Source of the DNA: Alphaproteobacteria bacterium
Lineage (GTDB): Bacteria > Pseudomonadota > Alphaproteobacteria > UBA9219
NCBI GenBank assembly: GCA_026225415.1
Contig: JAMFSS010000008.1
Location: 45,219-109,218 of the forward strand
Direction: 5' to 3'
DNA: 64,000 bases
A program made the position numbers and the translations under genes. Under the pieces are notes generated by a model, which searched no databases, was not told the DNA's origin, and saw only the letters and a list, made by a program, of their open reading frames with translations. Shown here one piece after another: positions 54,594-64,000 of this stretch (position 1 is the first letter of the stretch; each line of letters opens with the position of its first letter).

Positions 54594-55952
54594 TTAGTTT
54601 TTCTTCTTTTTATCTTCGTAGGGGTTTTCGCTCTTCATCAGCTGCCAGCGGATAGGGATGCCGGACAAATTGAAGGTATCGCGCAGCCCGTGGGTGAGAA
54701 AGCGTAAGTAGCTTTCGGGCAGATTATCCGGCTTGTTAACCCACATGGAGAAAGTCGGCGGGCGCGATTTAACTTGCGTCATGTAACGCAATTTGATGCG
54801 TCGGCCGCCGCTGATGGGCGGCGGATGATTGGCTTCCATGTCTTCCAGCCAGCGATTGAGTTTGCCGGTCGAGACACGGACATTCCACATTTCATACATG
54901 CGCATGGCGTCGCGCATCAGGTTTTTTAAACCCTCGCCTTCCAACGCGCAAATGGGCACCAACGGTACACCCGTGACCTGCGCCAGAGAATCTTCGGCCA
55001 TTTCGCGGATGGTTTTTAACGTGCCTTTTTTATCTTTGATCAAATCCCATTTGTTTAAAGCGACAACCAACGCGCGGCCTTCTTCTATCACATGCTTGGC
55101 AATGGTCAGTTCTTGTTTATCAAAAGGTTGGGTGGCATCAAGCACAAGGATAACCACATGCGCCAGACGAATGGCACGCAGAGATTCCTGCACACTCATT
55201 TTTTCCAATACTTCAGTGATGCGCACGCGGCGGCGCATGCCTGCGGTATCAACCAGACGAATGGCCTGGCCGTGATAATCCCACGCGATGGGGATGGCGT
55301 CGCGGGTCAGGCCCGGCTCCGGCCCCGTCAGCATGCGGTCTTCACCGATAAGTTTGTTGATGAGCGTCGATTTGCCCGCATTGGGACGGCCGACCACGGC
55401 GATGATCAGATGCTTGTCTTCTTCGTCTTCGCTTTTGGCTTCTGCCGCTTCGGCTGCTTCGGCAAAGGGGGTGAGGATTTCATACAGATCCATCATGCCG
55501 TCGCCGTGCGCGGCCGAAATGGGCAGTGGTTCACCGAAACCCAGTGATACTGTTTCTTCCATCGAGGCGGGCAGACGCGTGCCTTCGCATTTATTCGCGA
55601 TGAGCAAAATCTTTTTACCCGTTTTGCGGAGTTCGCGGGCGATGATGGTATCTGCCGATGTGACCCCTGCCCGCGCATCGACAACCAGCAACACTACGGC
55701 AGCTTGCGCCAAGGCTTGTTTGGTTTGTGTGGCGGTGCGCGCGCCGATGCTGCCTTTGACACGCGTGTCTTCTAGCCCTGCGGTATCGATAACGCGAAAA
55801 CGCATATCGAACAGGTGGCCGTCGCCTTCGCGCCAGTCGCGGGTTACGCCCGGCTGGTCATCGACCATGGCCATCTGTTTGCCCACCAGACGGTTGAATA
55901 AGGTGGACTTGCCAACATTGGGGCGTCCGGCGATAGCGATTGTAAATGTCAT
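54594..55952 (-). CDS. der: ribosome-associated GTPase Der (EngA)
   Basis: 452 aa with two GTPase domains (GRPNVGKSTLFNRL and GRPNAGKSTLINKL) and a KH-like C-terminus. Confidence 0.95.
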   Translation of the reverse strand: MTFTIAIAGRPNVGKSTLFNRLVGKQMAMVDDQPGVTRDWREGDGHLFDMRFRVIDTAGLEDTRVKGSIGARTATQTKQALAQAAVVLLVVDARAGVTSADTIIARELRKTGKKILLIANKCEGTRLPASMEETVSLGFGEPLPISAAHGDGMMDLYEILTPFAEAAEAAEAKSEDEEDKHLIIAVVGRPNAGKSTLINKLIGEDRMLTGPEPGLTRDAIPIAWDYHGQAIRLVDTAGMRRRVRITEVLEKMSVQESLRAIRLAHVVILVLDATQPFDKQELTIAKHVIEEGRALVVALNKWDLIKDKKGTLKTIREMAEDSLAQVTGVPLVPICALEGEGLKNLMRDAMRMYEMWNVRVSTGKLNRWLEDMEANHPPPISGGRRIKLRYMTQVKSRPPTFSMWVNKPDNLPESYLRFLTHGLRDTFNLSGIPIRWQLMKSENPYEDKKKKN

Positions 55953-57274
55953 TATTTCAACGCAATGAGTTTGCCCTCATCCGTCAACACATACATTGTG
56001 TGATCGACGATGATGGGAGAGAGATAAAGTGGGCTGTCGAGATCAAAGCTGTCGATTTTCGCGCCGTCAGCGGGCGAGAAGCTGGCCAGCTTTCCTTGGG
56101 AATTGACCATCCAAAGACGTTCGCCCGCCAATAGGGGCCCCGTCCATGTTATGCGGTCGGAATCTTTGTCTTTTAAATCGACTTGTTTGGGCAGCGTTAC
56201 AATCCACAACACACGTCCGCTGTCACGCGCCAAAGCCATCAGCTGGCTTTCGCCGCCATAAACAAAAACGGCATCGCCTGCCACAATCGGTGTATCGATG
56301 CCGCCGATATCGGATTCCCAGACGCGCTCGCCGTTGCGTTGTTCGACCGCCGCGATGCGCCCGCTGTGGCTGATCGCATAAATGCGGCCACGGTCTATAA
56401 CCGGCAAGCCGCGGATATCGGCGATAGCCGGCAAGGCGCCCACCGCCGCCGGTGAGGCGAGGGAATAGCTCCACGACGTGCGGCCATTTTGCACGCGCAG
56501 CCCGAAAATTTCGCCGGAGTTATACGCGACAATCGCGGTGTCGCCGTCGATGGCGGGGCTTGATGCGCCCATCAGCGTTGCGCTTTCGGCGACGCCGACC
56601 TGATGCCACAAAATATTTCCGTTTACGGCGTCCAGAACATTCAATTCATTATCGATGCTAAGCACATAGACGCGGTTATCGGCAACCGTCGGTGCGGCAC
56701 GTAAAGGCTTCAACAAAGATTTGCGCCATTTCACGCCGCCCTTGGCTGTGTCCAGCGCGACAACATCGCCAAAGCCGGTTGTGGCGAATACTGTGTTGCC
56801 ATCCACCGCCAGGCCGCCGCTGATCGCTTTTTCATCACTGTGTTTCGGTGTCGTGTCATATTCCCATTTCACATCGCCGCTTTTCGCGTCGATGGCGCGC
56901 ACCAATCCTTGGGCATCCATTGTGTAAATGGTGGTACGGTCGGCGACAGGGTGCGCCAGCAATTTAAAATCGGAATCCGAACCGTCACCGATGCTGGTCT
57001 GCCACAGCTGTTTCGGATGCGGCGACATTTCGGCGTAGGGTTGCGCGTGGCTTGCATCGTACCCTGTTTGTGGCCATGACATATTGACCATCATCGGCGG
57101 CAAGGTTGGTTTGTTACTGGCGACATCCTTGTCGGCTTGTACTGCTTTCGCTTCCTCGACTACGGGCACGCGCGTGCCTTTGACCGTGGAGCCGATTTTA
57201 TCGTTGTTGCCATCGCAAGCCACAAGAGCGACGAGCGCGAGCAAGCAAAGCAGACAGGATTTTATGCCGGACAT
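55952..57274 (-). CDS. bamB: outer membrane protein assembly factor BamB (PQQ-like beta-propeller lipoprotein)
   Basis: 440 aa; lipobox LVALVA|C and repeated PQQ-like blades. The conserved yfgM-bamB-der order is present. Confidence 0.8.
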   Translation of the reverse strand: MSGIKSCLLCLLALVALVACDGNNDKIGSTVKGTRVPVVEEAKAVQADKDVASNKPTLPPMMVNMSWPQTGYDASHAQPYAEMSPHPKQLWQTSIGDGSDSDFKLLAHPVADRTTIYTMDAQGLVRAIDAKSGDVKWEYDTTPKHSDEKAISGGLAVDGNTVFATTGFGDVVALDTAKGGVKWRKSLLKPLRAAPTVADNRVYVLSIDNELNVLDAVNGNILWHQVGVAESATLMGASSPAIDGDTAIVAYNSGEIFGLRVQNGRTSWSYSLASPAAVGALPAIADIRGLPVIDRGRIYAISHSGRIAAVEQRNGERVWESDIGGIDTPIVAGDAVFVYGGESQLMALARDSGRVLWIVTLPKQVDLKDKDSDRITWTGPLLAGERLWMVNSQGKLASFSPADGAKIDSFDLDSPLYLSPIIVDHTMYVLTDEGKLIALK

Positions 57275-57286
57275 GCGTGTGTTTCC

Positions 57287-57931
57287 TTATTTCAGACTGC
57301 GCAAAATGTCGGAAGCGCGGGTCATAATGCTTTGCGGCGCGCGGGCATCTTGTGACAGGATTGTAAAAATTTCTTTCGCCTTGGCGGTGTCTTTGGCCCG
57401 GATGGCCAGATAGCCTTCATCCTGTAACGCCGAATAATGCCATGTGGCATCGATGACCGCCAAAGGTTGCAAGCGGGCATCCAGCGCCGTTATATCGCCA
57501 CTATCCAGTTGCGCTTCGACAGACAAGAGAGTGCCCAGCTGGCGGAAAGCGATATCGGCTTTGTCATCCGCTTCGACTTTATCGAATAAAGTTACGGCTT
57601 TGGCATTGTCATTTTGATCTGCCGCCAGAGCGCCCGCCTTGAGCAACGCGAAGGCCGCCTGATTGGTGCCGCCATTGGCATCGGCAAATTGTTGCAAGGC
57701 GGTGATTGATTTGGCGTTATCGGCGCCCGGTTTGGCCGCCGCCACAAAATCATTGGTTATTTTTTGGTCATGGTCGATTTTCCATGAGCGGTAGGCGGTT
57801 GATGTCGCCGTGGCAAGGACGATGCCGAGCGCCACAATCACGACCCAGATGCCATATTGTTTCCACAACGCCTCCATTTTCTGGCGTTCATATTCTTCCT
57901 TGGCTTCGTCGAAGATGTTGTGTTCGGTCAT
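57287..57931 (-). CDS. YfgM-like membrane-anchored TPR protein
   Basis: 214 aa; a single N-terminal TM (IWVVIVALGIVLATATS), a helical Ala-rich periplasmic domain, and a position upstream of bamB. Confidence 0.6.
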   Translation of the reverse strand: MTEHNIFDEAKEEYERQKMEALWKQYGIWVVIVALGIVLATATSTAYRSWKIDHDQKITNDFVAAAKPGADNAKSITALQQFADANGGTNQAAFALLKAGALAADQNDNAKAVTLFDKVEADDKADIAFRQLGTLLSVEAQLDSGDITALDARLQPLAVIDATWHYSALQDEGYLAIRAKDTAKAKEIFTILSQDARAPQSIMTRASDILRSLK

Positions 57932-58011
57932 GGTCTGTGTCCGGCAATTGTGTTAACGAATGTGAACATAAAGTCTTGTTCTTCTTAGCACAAGGGATGT
58001 AAAAGTGCTGA

Positions 58012-59058
58012 ATGTCGTTTTCGCCGCAAACATGGACGCCCTTGAACCGCCGCCGCTGGGCCAATTTTAAAGCCAATAAGCGTGGATTCTGGTCTTTATG
58101 GATATTTTTGGGGGTTTTTGTGGTGACCTTGGGGGCGGAATTCGTCGCCAATGATAACCCCCTGCTGATTAAATTCGACGGCCATTATTATGTGCCGGAA
58201 TTTGTCAGCTATCCCGAAACACGTTTTGGCGGCGCGTTTGAAACCGAGGCGCGGTACCGCGACCCCTATGTTACCAAGCTGATCAATGCCAAGGGTTGGA
58301 TAGTTTGGCCGTTGATCCCCTATTCCTACAACACCATTAATTATGATCTGACGCAGCCCGCGCCTTCACCGCCATCGGGCGATAACTGGTTGGGCACCGA
58401 TGATCAGGGGCGCGATGTTTTGGCGCGGATTATTTATGGTTTTCGCATTTCGGTTTTGTTTGGGTTGAGCCTGACGATTCTGTCATCGGTCATCGGCATT
58501 ACCGCCGGCGCTGTTCAGGGTTATTTTGGCGGCATGACCGATTTGGTTATGCAGCGTTTTATCGAAATTTGGGGCGGGATGCCGGTTTTGTATTTGCTTA
58601 TTATTATGGCGAGCCTTGTGCAACCGAATTTCGGGTGGTTGCTGTTATTGATGCTGCTGTTTTCATGGATGTCGCTGGTGCATGTTGTGCGCGCCGAATT
58701 TTTACGTGCCCGCAATCTGGATTATGTGCGTGCTGCCCGCGCGTTGGGCGCAAGCAATCGCGTGATTATGTTTAAACACATGTTGCCCAATGCGATGGTG
58801 GCGACATTGACGTTTTTACCTTTTGTTTTGAATCATTCGATCACCACTTTAACCGCGCTGGATTTTCTGGGATTCGGTTTGCCGCCCGGTTCGCCTTCGT
58901 TGGGCGAGTTGTTGAATCAGGGCAAGAATAATTTGCAAGCGCCTTGGCTGGGCATCAGCTCGTTTCTGGTGTTGGGCGCGATGTTGACGATGTTGATTTT
59001 TATTGGCGAGGCTGTGCGCGACGCCTTTGATCCCCGCAAGATGGGGGACAAGATATGA
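58012..59058 (+). CDS. yejE: peptide/microcin-C-type ABC transporter permease (YejE-like)
   Basis: 348 aa; WLGTDDQGRDVLARIIYGFRIS, and the binding-protein-dependent permease EAA-type region. Confidence 0.8.
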   Translation: MSFSPQTWTPLNRRRWANFKANKRGFWSLWIFLGVFVVTLGAEFVANDNPLLIKFDGHYYVPEFVSYPETRFGGAFETEARYRDPYVTKLINAKGWIVWPLIPYSYNTINYDLTQPAPSPPSGDNWLGTDDQGRDVLARIIYGFRISVLFGLSLTILSSVIGITAGAVQGYFGGMTDLVMQRFIEIWGGMPVLYLLIIMASLVQPNFGWLLLLMLLFSWMSLVHVVRAEFLRARNLDYVRAARALGASNRVIMFKHMLPNAMVATLTFLPFVLNHSITTLTALDFLGFGLPPGSPSLGELLNQGKNNLQAPWLGISSFLVLGAMLTMLIFIGEAVRDAFDPRKMGDKI

Positions 59059-60659
59059 GCCTGTTGAAAGTCGATAATCTGGCGGTAACATTCGGACACG
59101 GCGCAGACGCATTTCCGGCGGTGCGTGGTGTGTCGTTTAGCATTGAGGCGGGCGAGACAGTCGCATTGGTTGGCGAATCCGGTTCAGGCAAATCTGCGAC
59201 TGCGTTGTCTTTGCTGCAGTTGTTACCCTATCCCGCCGCGTGGCATCCATCGGGCAGCATTGTTTTTGACGACAAGGAAATTATCGGCGCATCGCCTGCC
59301 ACTTTGCAATCGATACGCGGCAACCGCATCGGAATGATTTTTCAGGAACCGATGACGTCGTTGAACCCGCTGCACACGATTGGCAAGCAGATTGGCGAAG
59401 TTTTATTTCTGCATAAGAAAATGCTGCCTGAGCAGGCGCGCGCGCGGATTATTGAATTGCTTCATCTGGTCGCTTTGCCGGAACCGGAAAAACGGTTGAG
59501 TGCCTATCCGCATGAACTGTCAGGCGGGCAACGGCAACGCGCGATGATTGCTATGGCGCTGGCAAATGATCCGGCCCTGTTGATCGCCGATGAGCCGACA
59601 ACCGCGTTGGATGTGACCATTCAGGCGCAGATTTTAAATTTGCTAAAAGATTTGCAGAAAAAACTGGGCATGTCTTTGCTGCTGATCACGCATGATCTGG
59701 GCATCGTTCGCAAAGTGGCTGACAGAATATGCGTAATGCGACATGGCGAGATTGTCGAGCAAGACGATGCCGCATCTGTTTTCGCGCATCCGCAACATGC
59801 ATACACCAAAATGTTATTGGCGGCGGAACCCAAGGGCGAAGCCATTCCCATTGCATCAAGCGCTGAAGAGATTTTGCGCGTTGAGGATTTGAAGGTTTAT
59901 TTCCCCGTTCGCCGCGGATTATTCGGCAAGCCAGCCGATTTTATCCGCGCGGTCGATGGTATTTCACTATCCGTGTATGCGTCAGAAACATTGGGCATTG
60001 TCGGCGAGTCCGGTTCGGGCAAGACCACGTTGGGACTGGCGTTGTTGCGTTTGATAAAAGCGCAAGGGCGCGTGGTTTTTTTGGGCCAATCGCTTTTGGA
60101 TTTACCCAAGCGCGAATTGCGCGATTTACGCCGGAAGATGCAGGTGGTTTTTCAGGATCCCTATGGCAGCCTGTCGCCGCGCATGACGGCGGGTGATATT
60201 ATCGCCGAAGGTCTGGATCTGAATAAATTATGGAAAACGCGCCCCGAACGCGAACAACGCATTATCGATGCGATGCGCGAAGTCGGGCTCGACCCCGAAT
60301 TTCGCAACCGGTATCCGCACGAGTTTTCCGGCGGACAACGGCAACGTATCGCGATTGCGCGCGCGATAATCCTGCAACCGAAATTTATTGTGTTGGATGA
60401 ACCCACATCCGCATTAGACATGTCGGTACAGGCGCAGATTGTGGAATTGCTGCGCGACCTGCAACGCAAACACGGCATTGCCTTTATCTTTATCAGCCAT
60501 GATCTGCGCGTGGTGCGCGCCATGGCGCATCGGGTGATTGTCATGAAAAACGGTGTTGCTGTTGAACAAGCCAGTGCGGCGGAATTGTTCGCGCACCCGC
60601 AACAGGATTATACCAAGGCCCTTTTGGCGGCGGCCCTTAATCTGGAAGCAAAGGTGTAA
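59055..60659 (+). CDS. yejF: ABC transporter ATP-binding protein with duplicated ATPase domains (YejF-like)
   Basis: 534 aa; Walker A GESGSGKS twice, signature LSGGQRQR / FSGGQRQR. Confidence 0.85.
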   Translation: MSLLKVDNLAVTFGHGADAFPAVRGVSFSIEAGETVALVGESGSGKSATALSLLQLLPYPAAWHPSGSIVFDDKEIIGASPATLQSIRGNRIGMIFQEPMTSLNPLHTIGKQIGEVLFLHKKMLPEQARARIIELLHLVALPEPEKRLSAYPHELSGGQRQRAMIAMALANDPALLIADEPTTALDVTIQAQILNLLKDLQKKLGMSLLLITHDLGIVRKVADRICVMRHGEIVEQDDAASVFAHPQHAYTKMLLAAEPKGEAIPIASSAEEILRVEDLKVYFPVRRGLFGKPADFIRAVDGISLSVYASETLGIVGESGSGKTTLGLALLRLIKAQGRVVFLGQSLLDLPKRELRDLRRKMQVVFQDPYGSLSPRMTAGDIIAEGLDLNKLWKTRPEREQRIIDAMREVGLDPEFRNRYPHEFSGGQRQRIAIARAIILQPKFIVLDEPTSALDMSVQAQIVELLRDLQRKHGIAFIFISHDLRVVRAMAHRVIVMKNGVAVEQASAAELFAHPQQDYTKALLAAALNLEAKV

Positions 60660-60725
60660 GCCTTAAGAGCCTGTTTATGGTCTTTTGTGCCGGAGGCACA
60701 AAGCATAAAGCAAAAATATGTTTTG

Positions 60726-61295
60726 TCATTTTGTTTCCCCTACCGGTTTTGCCAACATGATAAAGGCAGGAACAAAACCGATATGGGATGCCTCTGCCGC
60801 CACTGTGCTGTAGTAAATTTCGACGCGCGGTTTGGAGACGATGCCCAGCACGCATTTGTTGCTGGCCGCGCATGTGAGATCGGTTGAGATTGATAAAATA
60901 CCCGCCGTCGCCGCGGCGTGGTTTGTTTCCAACAGCATTTCCGTGGACAGCCCTTGCGTCACAAAGATAACTTTGACGCCTGTTAAAGACGTTAAATCAG
61001 AATTTTTCACAAGTTTGGCAACAGCCGTCATGCCGCCCGGAACGCCGACGGATTTATCGATGTTATCCTTGACCACGATGGCGTCATTCTGCGATTGTTC
61101 ATTAGCCGCGTCATAGACGACCCCCACCGTGACGGGCATGGGGATTTTTTCTTTCAGCAGATAGATCGTTTTTAATCCTGTTGAAATATCAAACTGGTCT
61201 GTCGCGCGCGCCACGGACGCACCCGCAAGGCAGAGCAACACCACGCCCCCCATCGGCCATGCGTATTTCACAACAAGGGTCACGGCGCGCTTCAT
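60726..61295 (-). CDS. periplasmic protein, possibly YfiR/DUF4154 family
   Basis: 189 aa with a signal peptide. The C-terminal pattern AGILSISTD..CVLGIVSKPRVEIYYSTVAAEASHIGFVPAFIMLAK resembles the YfiR family. It has a 4-nt overlap with the upstream kinase gene. Confidence 0.4.
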   Translation of the reverse strand: MKRAVTLVVKYAWPMGGVVLLCLAGASVARATDQFDISTGLKTIYLLKEKIPMPVTVGVVYDAANEQSQNDAIVVKDNIDKSVGVPGGMTAVAKLVKNSDLTSLTGVKVIFVTQGLSTEMLLETNHAAATAGILSISTDLTCAASNKCVLGIVSKPRVEIYYSTVAAEASHIGFVPAFIMLAKPVGETK

Positions 61296-63937
61296 GCCGA
61301 CTTGCTTGCAGGATGGGTATATTTTTGCAGCATTTCCTTGATTTGCGGCGCGCGCAGGGGTTTGTTCAAATAATCATCCATGCCCGCCGCGAGGCATTTT
61401 TCCCTGTCGCCTTGCATAGCGTCGGCGGTCAAAGCGATGATCGGCACATGGACAGATTGTTTGGTCTCGTTCAGACGGATTCTTCGCGTCGCCTCGAAGC
61501 CATCCATTTCTGGCATCTGGCAATCCATAAAAACCAGGTCATAGAGGGTGTCGCGAACTTTTTCCACGGCGATCAGGCCGTTTTCGGCAATATCGACATC
61601 GCAGTTTAATCGTGCCAACAGCGCTCGCATAAGCTGTTGGTTCACGATATGGTCTTCCACCAGCAGGATTTTCGTTCCTGTAAAATCGCTCTTTGACAGG
61701 CCAAACGCGGGCGCGGCGGAATCCGCTTCCTGTTTCTTTTTTAAATTGCGGGGCGAGATGACTTCGCTTGTTTTTTCTGCGCAGTGTTTCCATATATGAA
61801 CCATGACATCGAATAATTTTGATCCGTTGATCGGCTTGGCGATAAAACCTTGGACGCCATTTTTCAGCAATTCATGATCATCCAGCTTCATGGTTGGCGA
61901 GGCGCATAGGATTATGTGGAGGCCTTTATGGTCATTGTTGCAGTGGACATAATCCGGCAAGGCGAGCCAGCCGCCAACCTCGGCATCGATAATAAGAAAA
62001 TCATAAGCCCTGCCCTGGGCAAGGGAACGCGACAGGAGCATAAGCGTTTCCTTGATCGTACCCACGACATCGCAGGACAAGCCCATGCCGCGAAAGGCTT
62101 CAGCCACATAATGACGCGCGGGCGCATAGTTTTTTAATGCCAACATACGCGCATGCGCCAATTCGCGCGGAATTTCGCGTTTGCAGAAAGGTTGCGCAGG
62201 GTCGAGCAAAATGGGGATGCGAAACCAGAAAGTGGTGCCAAGGCCAACCTTGCTGTGGACACCAATGGTTCCCCCCATCATTTCGATTAATTTTTTGGAT
62301 ATCGTAAGCCCCAGCCCCGTTCCGCCAAAACGGCGCGTAGTCGATTCCTCCTCTTGCGAGAATTTGTTGAAGACTATTTCAAGTTTTTCCGCGGCTATTC
62401 CCTTTCCTGAATCCTCGACCTCTATTTTCATCATTGTGGCGTCATTTTCATCGCGCAAAGCGCGCACCACGACATGACCCCGTTCGGTAAATTTCAAGGC
62501 ATTGCCGACAAGGTTGATCATTATCTGTCGCAGACGCACCGGATCGCCCAAAATGTGGTGGGGCAAATCGGGGGAAATCGACATCATCAGCGCCAGTCTT
62601 TTTTCGGCGGCGCGCAGATACATGAGATCGGTTACGCCTTCGATCAGGCTGTGCAGATTCATGGGGATGGATTCGATGGCCACCCCTTCCGCCTCTATCT
62701 TGGATAAATCGAGAATGTCATTCAGGATGGAGAGAAGGGATTCGCTGGATTGACGCGCGATTTCCAACTGGGAACGCTGCATATCCGACAAGTCGCTGTC
62801 CAATGTCAGATCGATCATGCCGACGATGCCGTTCATGGGCGTGCGGATTTCGTGGCTCATATTCGCCAGAAAATTACTGCGCGATGCTGCGGCTTTTTCG
62901 GCGGCGTCCCGCGCTTCGCCGATTTTTTTCAAATTGCGTGAATAGGTTACCAGCAGGCTGATGAGGCATAGGCTGATGATCAACACCAAAGGCACAGCCT
63001 TGTGGCGTGCGCCCCATGGTTCTGTTGGCGTGAATTCAAAAATGATGTCGCGGTTCTTGTCGGCTATCGCAAGGCTCATGTTTAAAAGGGGCTTGCGCAA
63101 GAGGTTCAGATGCAATGCCGTATCGACGGAAGCAAACCAGCTTTGCCTGTGAGCCGTTTGGGGCAGATCGGCGCCGTCTGATAATCGAACCGTAACCCGA
63201 TCGGCGGAAAACTGGCTGGCCGCCGATGACAAGATGCTGTTTAAATCGATTTCCAGATTGACGACGCCGGAAAATTCGTTGTTGATCAGGAAGACGGGAT
63301 AAAGAAATTCGACATTCATGCTGTCGATTTTGGCTGTTTCCTTTGACGACCGCAAAGCGTCCGGTAATGAACCCGCAAAAACACTGGCCAGTTTTTGTTG
63401 TTGCGCGTTTTGAATAGCCTTTAGAATTTCAGGCGATTGTCCGATATCCTGCCCCAGCAACGAGGAATCAAATGGCTGTTGATAATAAACGGGAAAAGAA
63501 ATGGGTGTGGTTTGTTGCGCGATAATTGAAAAGCCGGAAAAGGATTGCTGGGCTTTTTGTTCGAACCTTTGCCGTTGTTCGGCGGACACAGCCGGCATCC
63601 ACCGCGCCGCGACAATTTCCGGCCGCAAAATAAGATAAGGGGCGACGAACTGCGCGAAATTTTCTGCCGAGACATTCTGTTCGACACTCAGATAAGAGCT
63701 GAGGCTTAGCAAAATATCTTCGTCACTTTGTTCGGACTGCGCGACTTCTGCCATAATCTGTTTGGCTTTTTGTTCGTATTCCGTCCATTCCGTTTGATTT
63801 TCAAGCTGCAGCAGATGCCATGCGAACAAACATCCTATCGGCACACCAAGAGCAAAGATAAAGACAAGAGAGCGCGTATTTATCCAAAGACCGCGCAGCC
63901 TGTCCTTGATCGTTTGGGGAAGTTTTGTGCAGGCCAT
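61292..63937 (-). CDS. hybrid sensor histidine kinase/response regulator with a periplasmic sensor domain
   Basis: 881 aa. Two TM helices flank a periplasmic domain of about 270 aa (CHASE-like?). His[13 protein letters not shown], HATPase [20 protein letters not shown] degenerate receiver-like segment is followed by a canonical receiver ([26 protein letters not shown]). Confidence 0.85.
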   Translation of the reverse strand: MACTKLPQTIKDRLRGLWINTRSLVFIFALGVPIGCLFAWHLLQLENQTEWTEYEQKAKQIMAEVAQSEQSDEDILLSLSSYLSVEQNVSAENFAQFVAPYLILRPEIVAARWMPAVSAEQRQRFEQKAQQSFSGFSIIAQQTTPISFPVYYQQPFDSSLLGQDIGQSPEILKAIQNAQQQKLASVFAGSLPDALRSSKETAKIDSMNVEFLYPVFLINNEFSGVVNLEIDLNSILSSAASQFSADRVTVRLSDGADLPQTAHRQSWFASVDTALHLNLLRKPLLNMSLAIADKNRDIIFEFTPTEPWGARHKAVPLVLIISLCLISLLVTYSRNLKKIGEARDAAEKAAASRSNFLANMSHEIRTPMNGIVGMIDLTLDSDLSDMQRSQLEIARQSSESLLSILNDILDLSKIEAEGVAIESIPMNLHSLIEGVTDLMYLRAAEKRLALMMSISPDLPHHILGDPVRLRQIMINLVGNALKFTERGHVVVRALRDENDATMMKIEVEDSGKGIAAEKLEIVFNKFSQEEESTTRRFGGTGLGLTISKKLIEMMGGTIGVHSKVGLGTTFWFRIPILLDPAQPFCKREIPRELAHARMLALKNYAPARHYVAEAFRGMGLSCDVVGTIKETLMLLSRSLAQGRAYDFLIIDAEVGGWLALPDYVHCNNDHKGLHIILCASPTMKLDDHELLKNGVQGFIAKPINGSKLFDVMVHIWKHCAEKTSEVISPRNLKKKQEADSAAPAFGLSKSDFTGTKILLVEDHIVNQQLMRALLARLNCDVDIAENGLIAVEKVRDTLYDLVFMDCQMPEMDGFEATRRIRLNETKQSVHVPIIALTADAMQGDREKCLAAGMDDYLNKPLRAPQIKEMLQKYTHPASKSA

Positions 63938-64000
63938 AAAGAAAATTCCACACCGAATGTTTACGCCGCCTCTTGCATTGATCGAGGAGGCGTAAGCAAC

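Noticed and set aside
60684-60702. Hairpin TTTGTGCC-GGA-GGCACAAA between convergent yejF and the YfiR-like gene
   Set aside because: The stem is only 8 bp and is not followed by a U-tract on either strand. That is not enough to call a terminator.
63969-64000. Hairpin TTACGCCGCCTC..GAGGAGGCGTAA at the extreme right edge
   Set aside because: It lies upstream of the kinase gene and is truncated by the window end, so it cannot be interpreted without flanking sequence.
1-64000. Scan for CRISPR arrays, rRNA/tRNA genes, IS elements, integrases, prophage genes and recognisable defence systems (restriction-modification, toxin-antitoxin, Cas, abortive-infection ATPases or nucleases)
   Set aside because: I saw none. 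There are no regularly spaced direct repeats, no tRNA-like T-arm sequences in intergenic regions, and no transposase, recombinase or nuclease-like translations in the ORF track. The only candidates for novelty are the glycan-tailoring genes and the small or uncharacterised proteins listed in the findings.

Overview
This window looks like a chromosomal segment from an alphaproteobacterium. Three things support that: a GAAC-N7-GAAC SOS box in front of recA, several mitochondria-type genes, and GC-rich nested-palindrome REP elements. I found no rRNA, tRNA, CRISPR array, transposase or integrase.

The flanks are ordinary core genome:
- Left flank: mrp/apbC, two 3-hydroxyacyl-CoA dehydrogenase paralogues, fabF-acpP, two ABC exporters around a J-domain protein, rplS-trmD / rimM-rpsP-ffh, and a packed livH-livM-ferredoxin-ubiA-methyltransferase string.
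- Right flank: recA, GNAT, M16 peptidase, thrC, pepP, prmA, der, bamB, a yfgM-like gene, yejEF, and a hybrid histidine kinase with a YfiR-like partner.

Between about 20.35 and 46.9 kb lies a ~26.5 kb surface-polysaccharide locus of 25 consecutive glycan genes. It contains:
- CDP-glucose genes (rfbFG), dTDP-rhamnose genes (rfbBACD), and an FdtA/DegT 3-amino-sugar module.
- A Wzm/Wzt exporter.
- A dispersed GtrA / polyprenyl-phosphate GT2 / GT-C trio.
- A GT41-like gene interrupted by a single in-frame amber codon.
- A tightly packed block of poorly characterised tailoring enzymes: a GT-B transferase, a HAD phosphatase, a Gfo/Idh/MocA oxidoreductase, an NDP-hexose C-methyltransferase, a YerE/acetolactate-synthase-like ThDP enzyme, an ATP-grasp ligase, a beta-propeller protein and a GT61-like transferase.

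This tailoring block is the best candidate for undescribed biochemistry in the window, possibly a branched-chain and/or amino-acylated deoxysugar.

All calls rest on reading the translations by eye and recognising motifs. No searches or computations were run.
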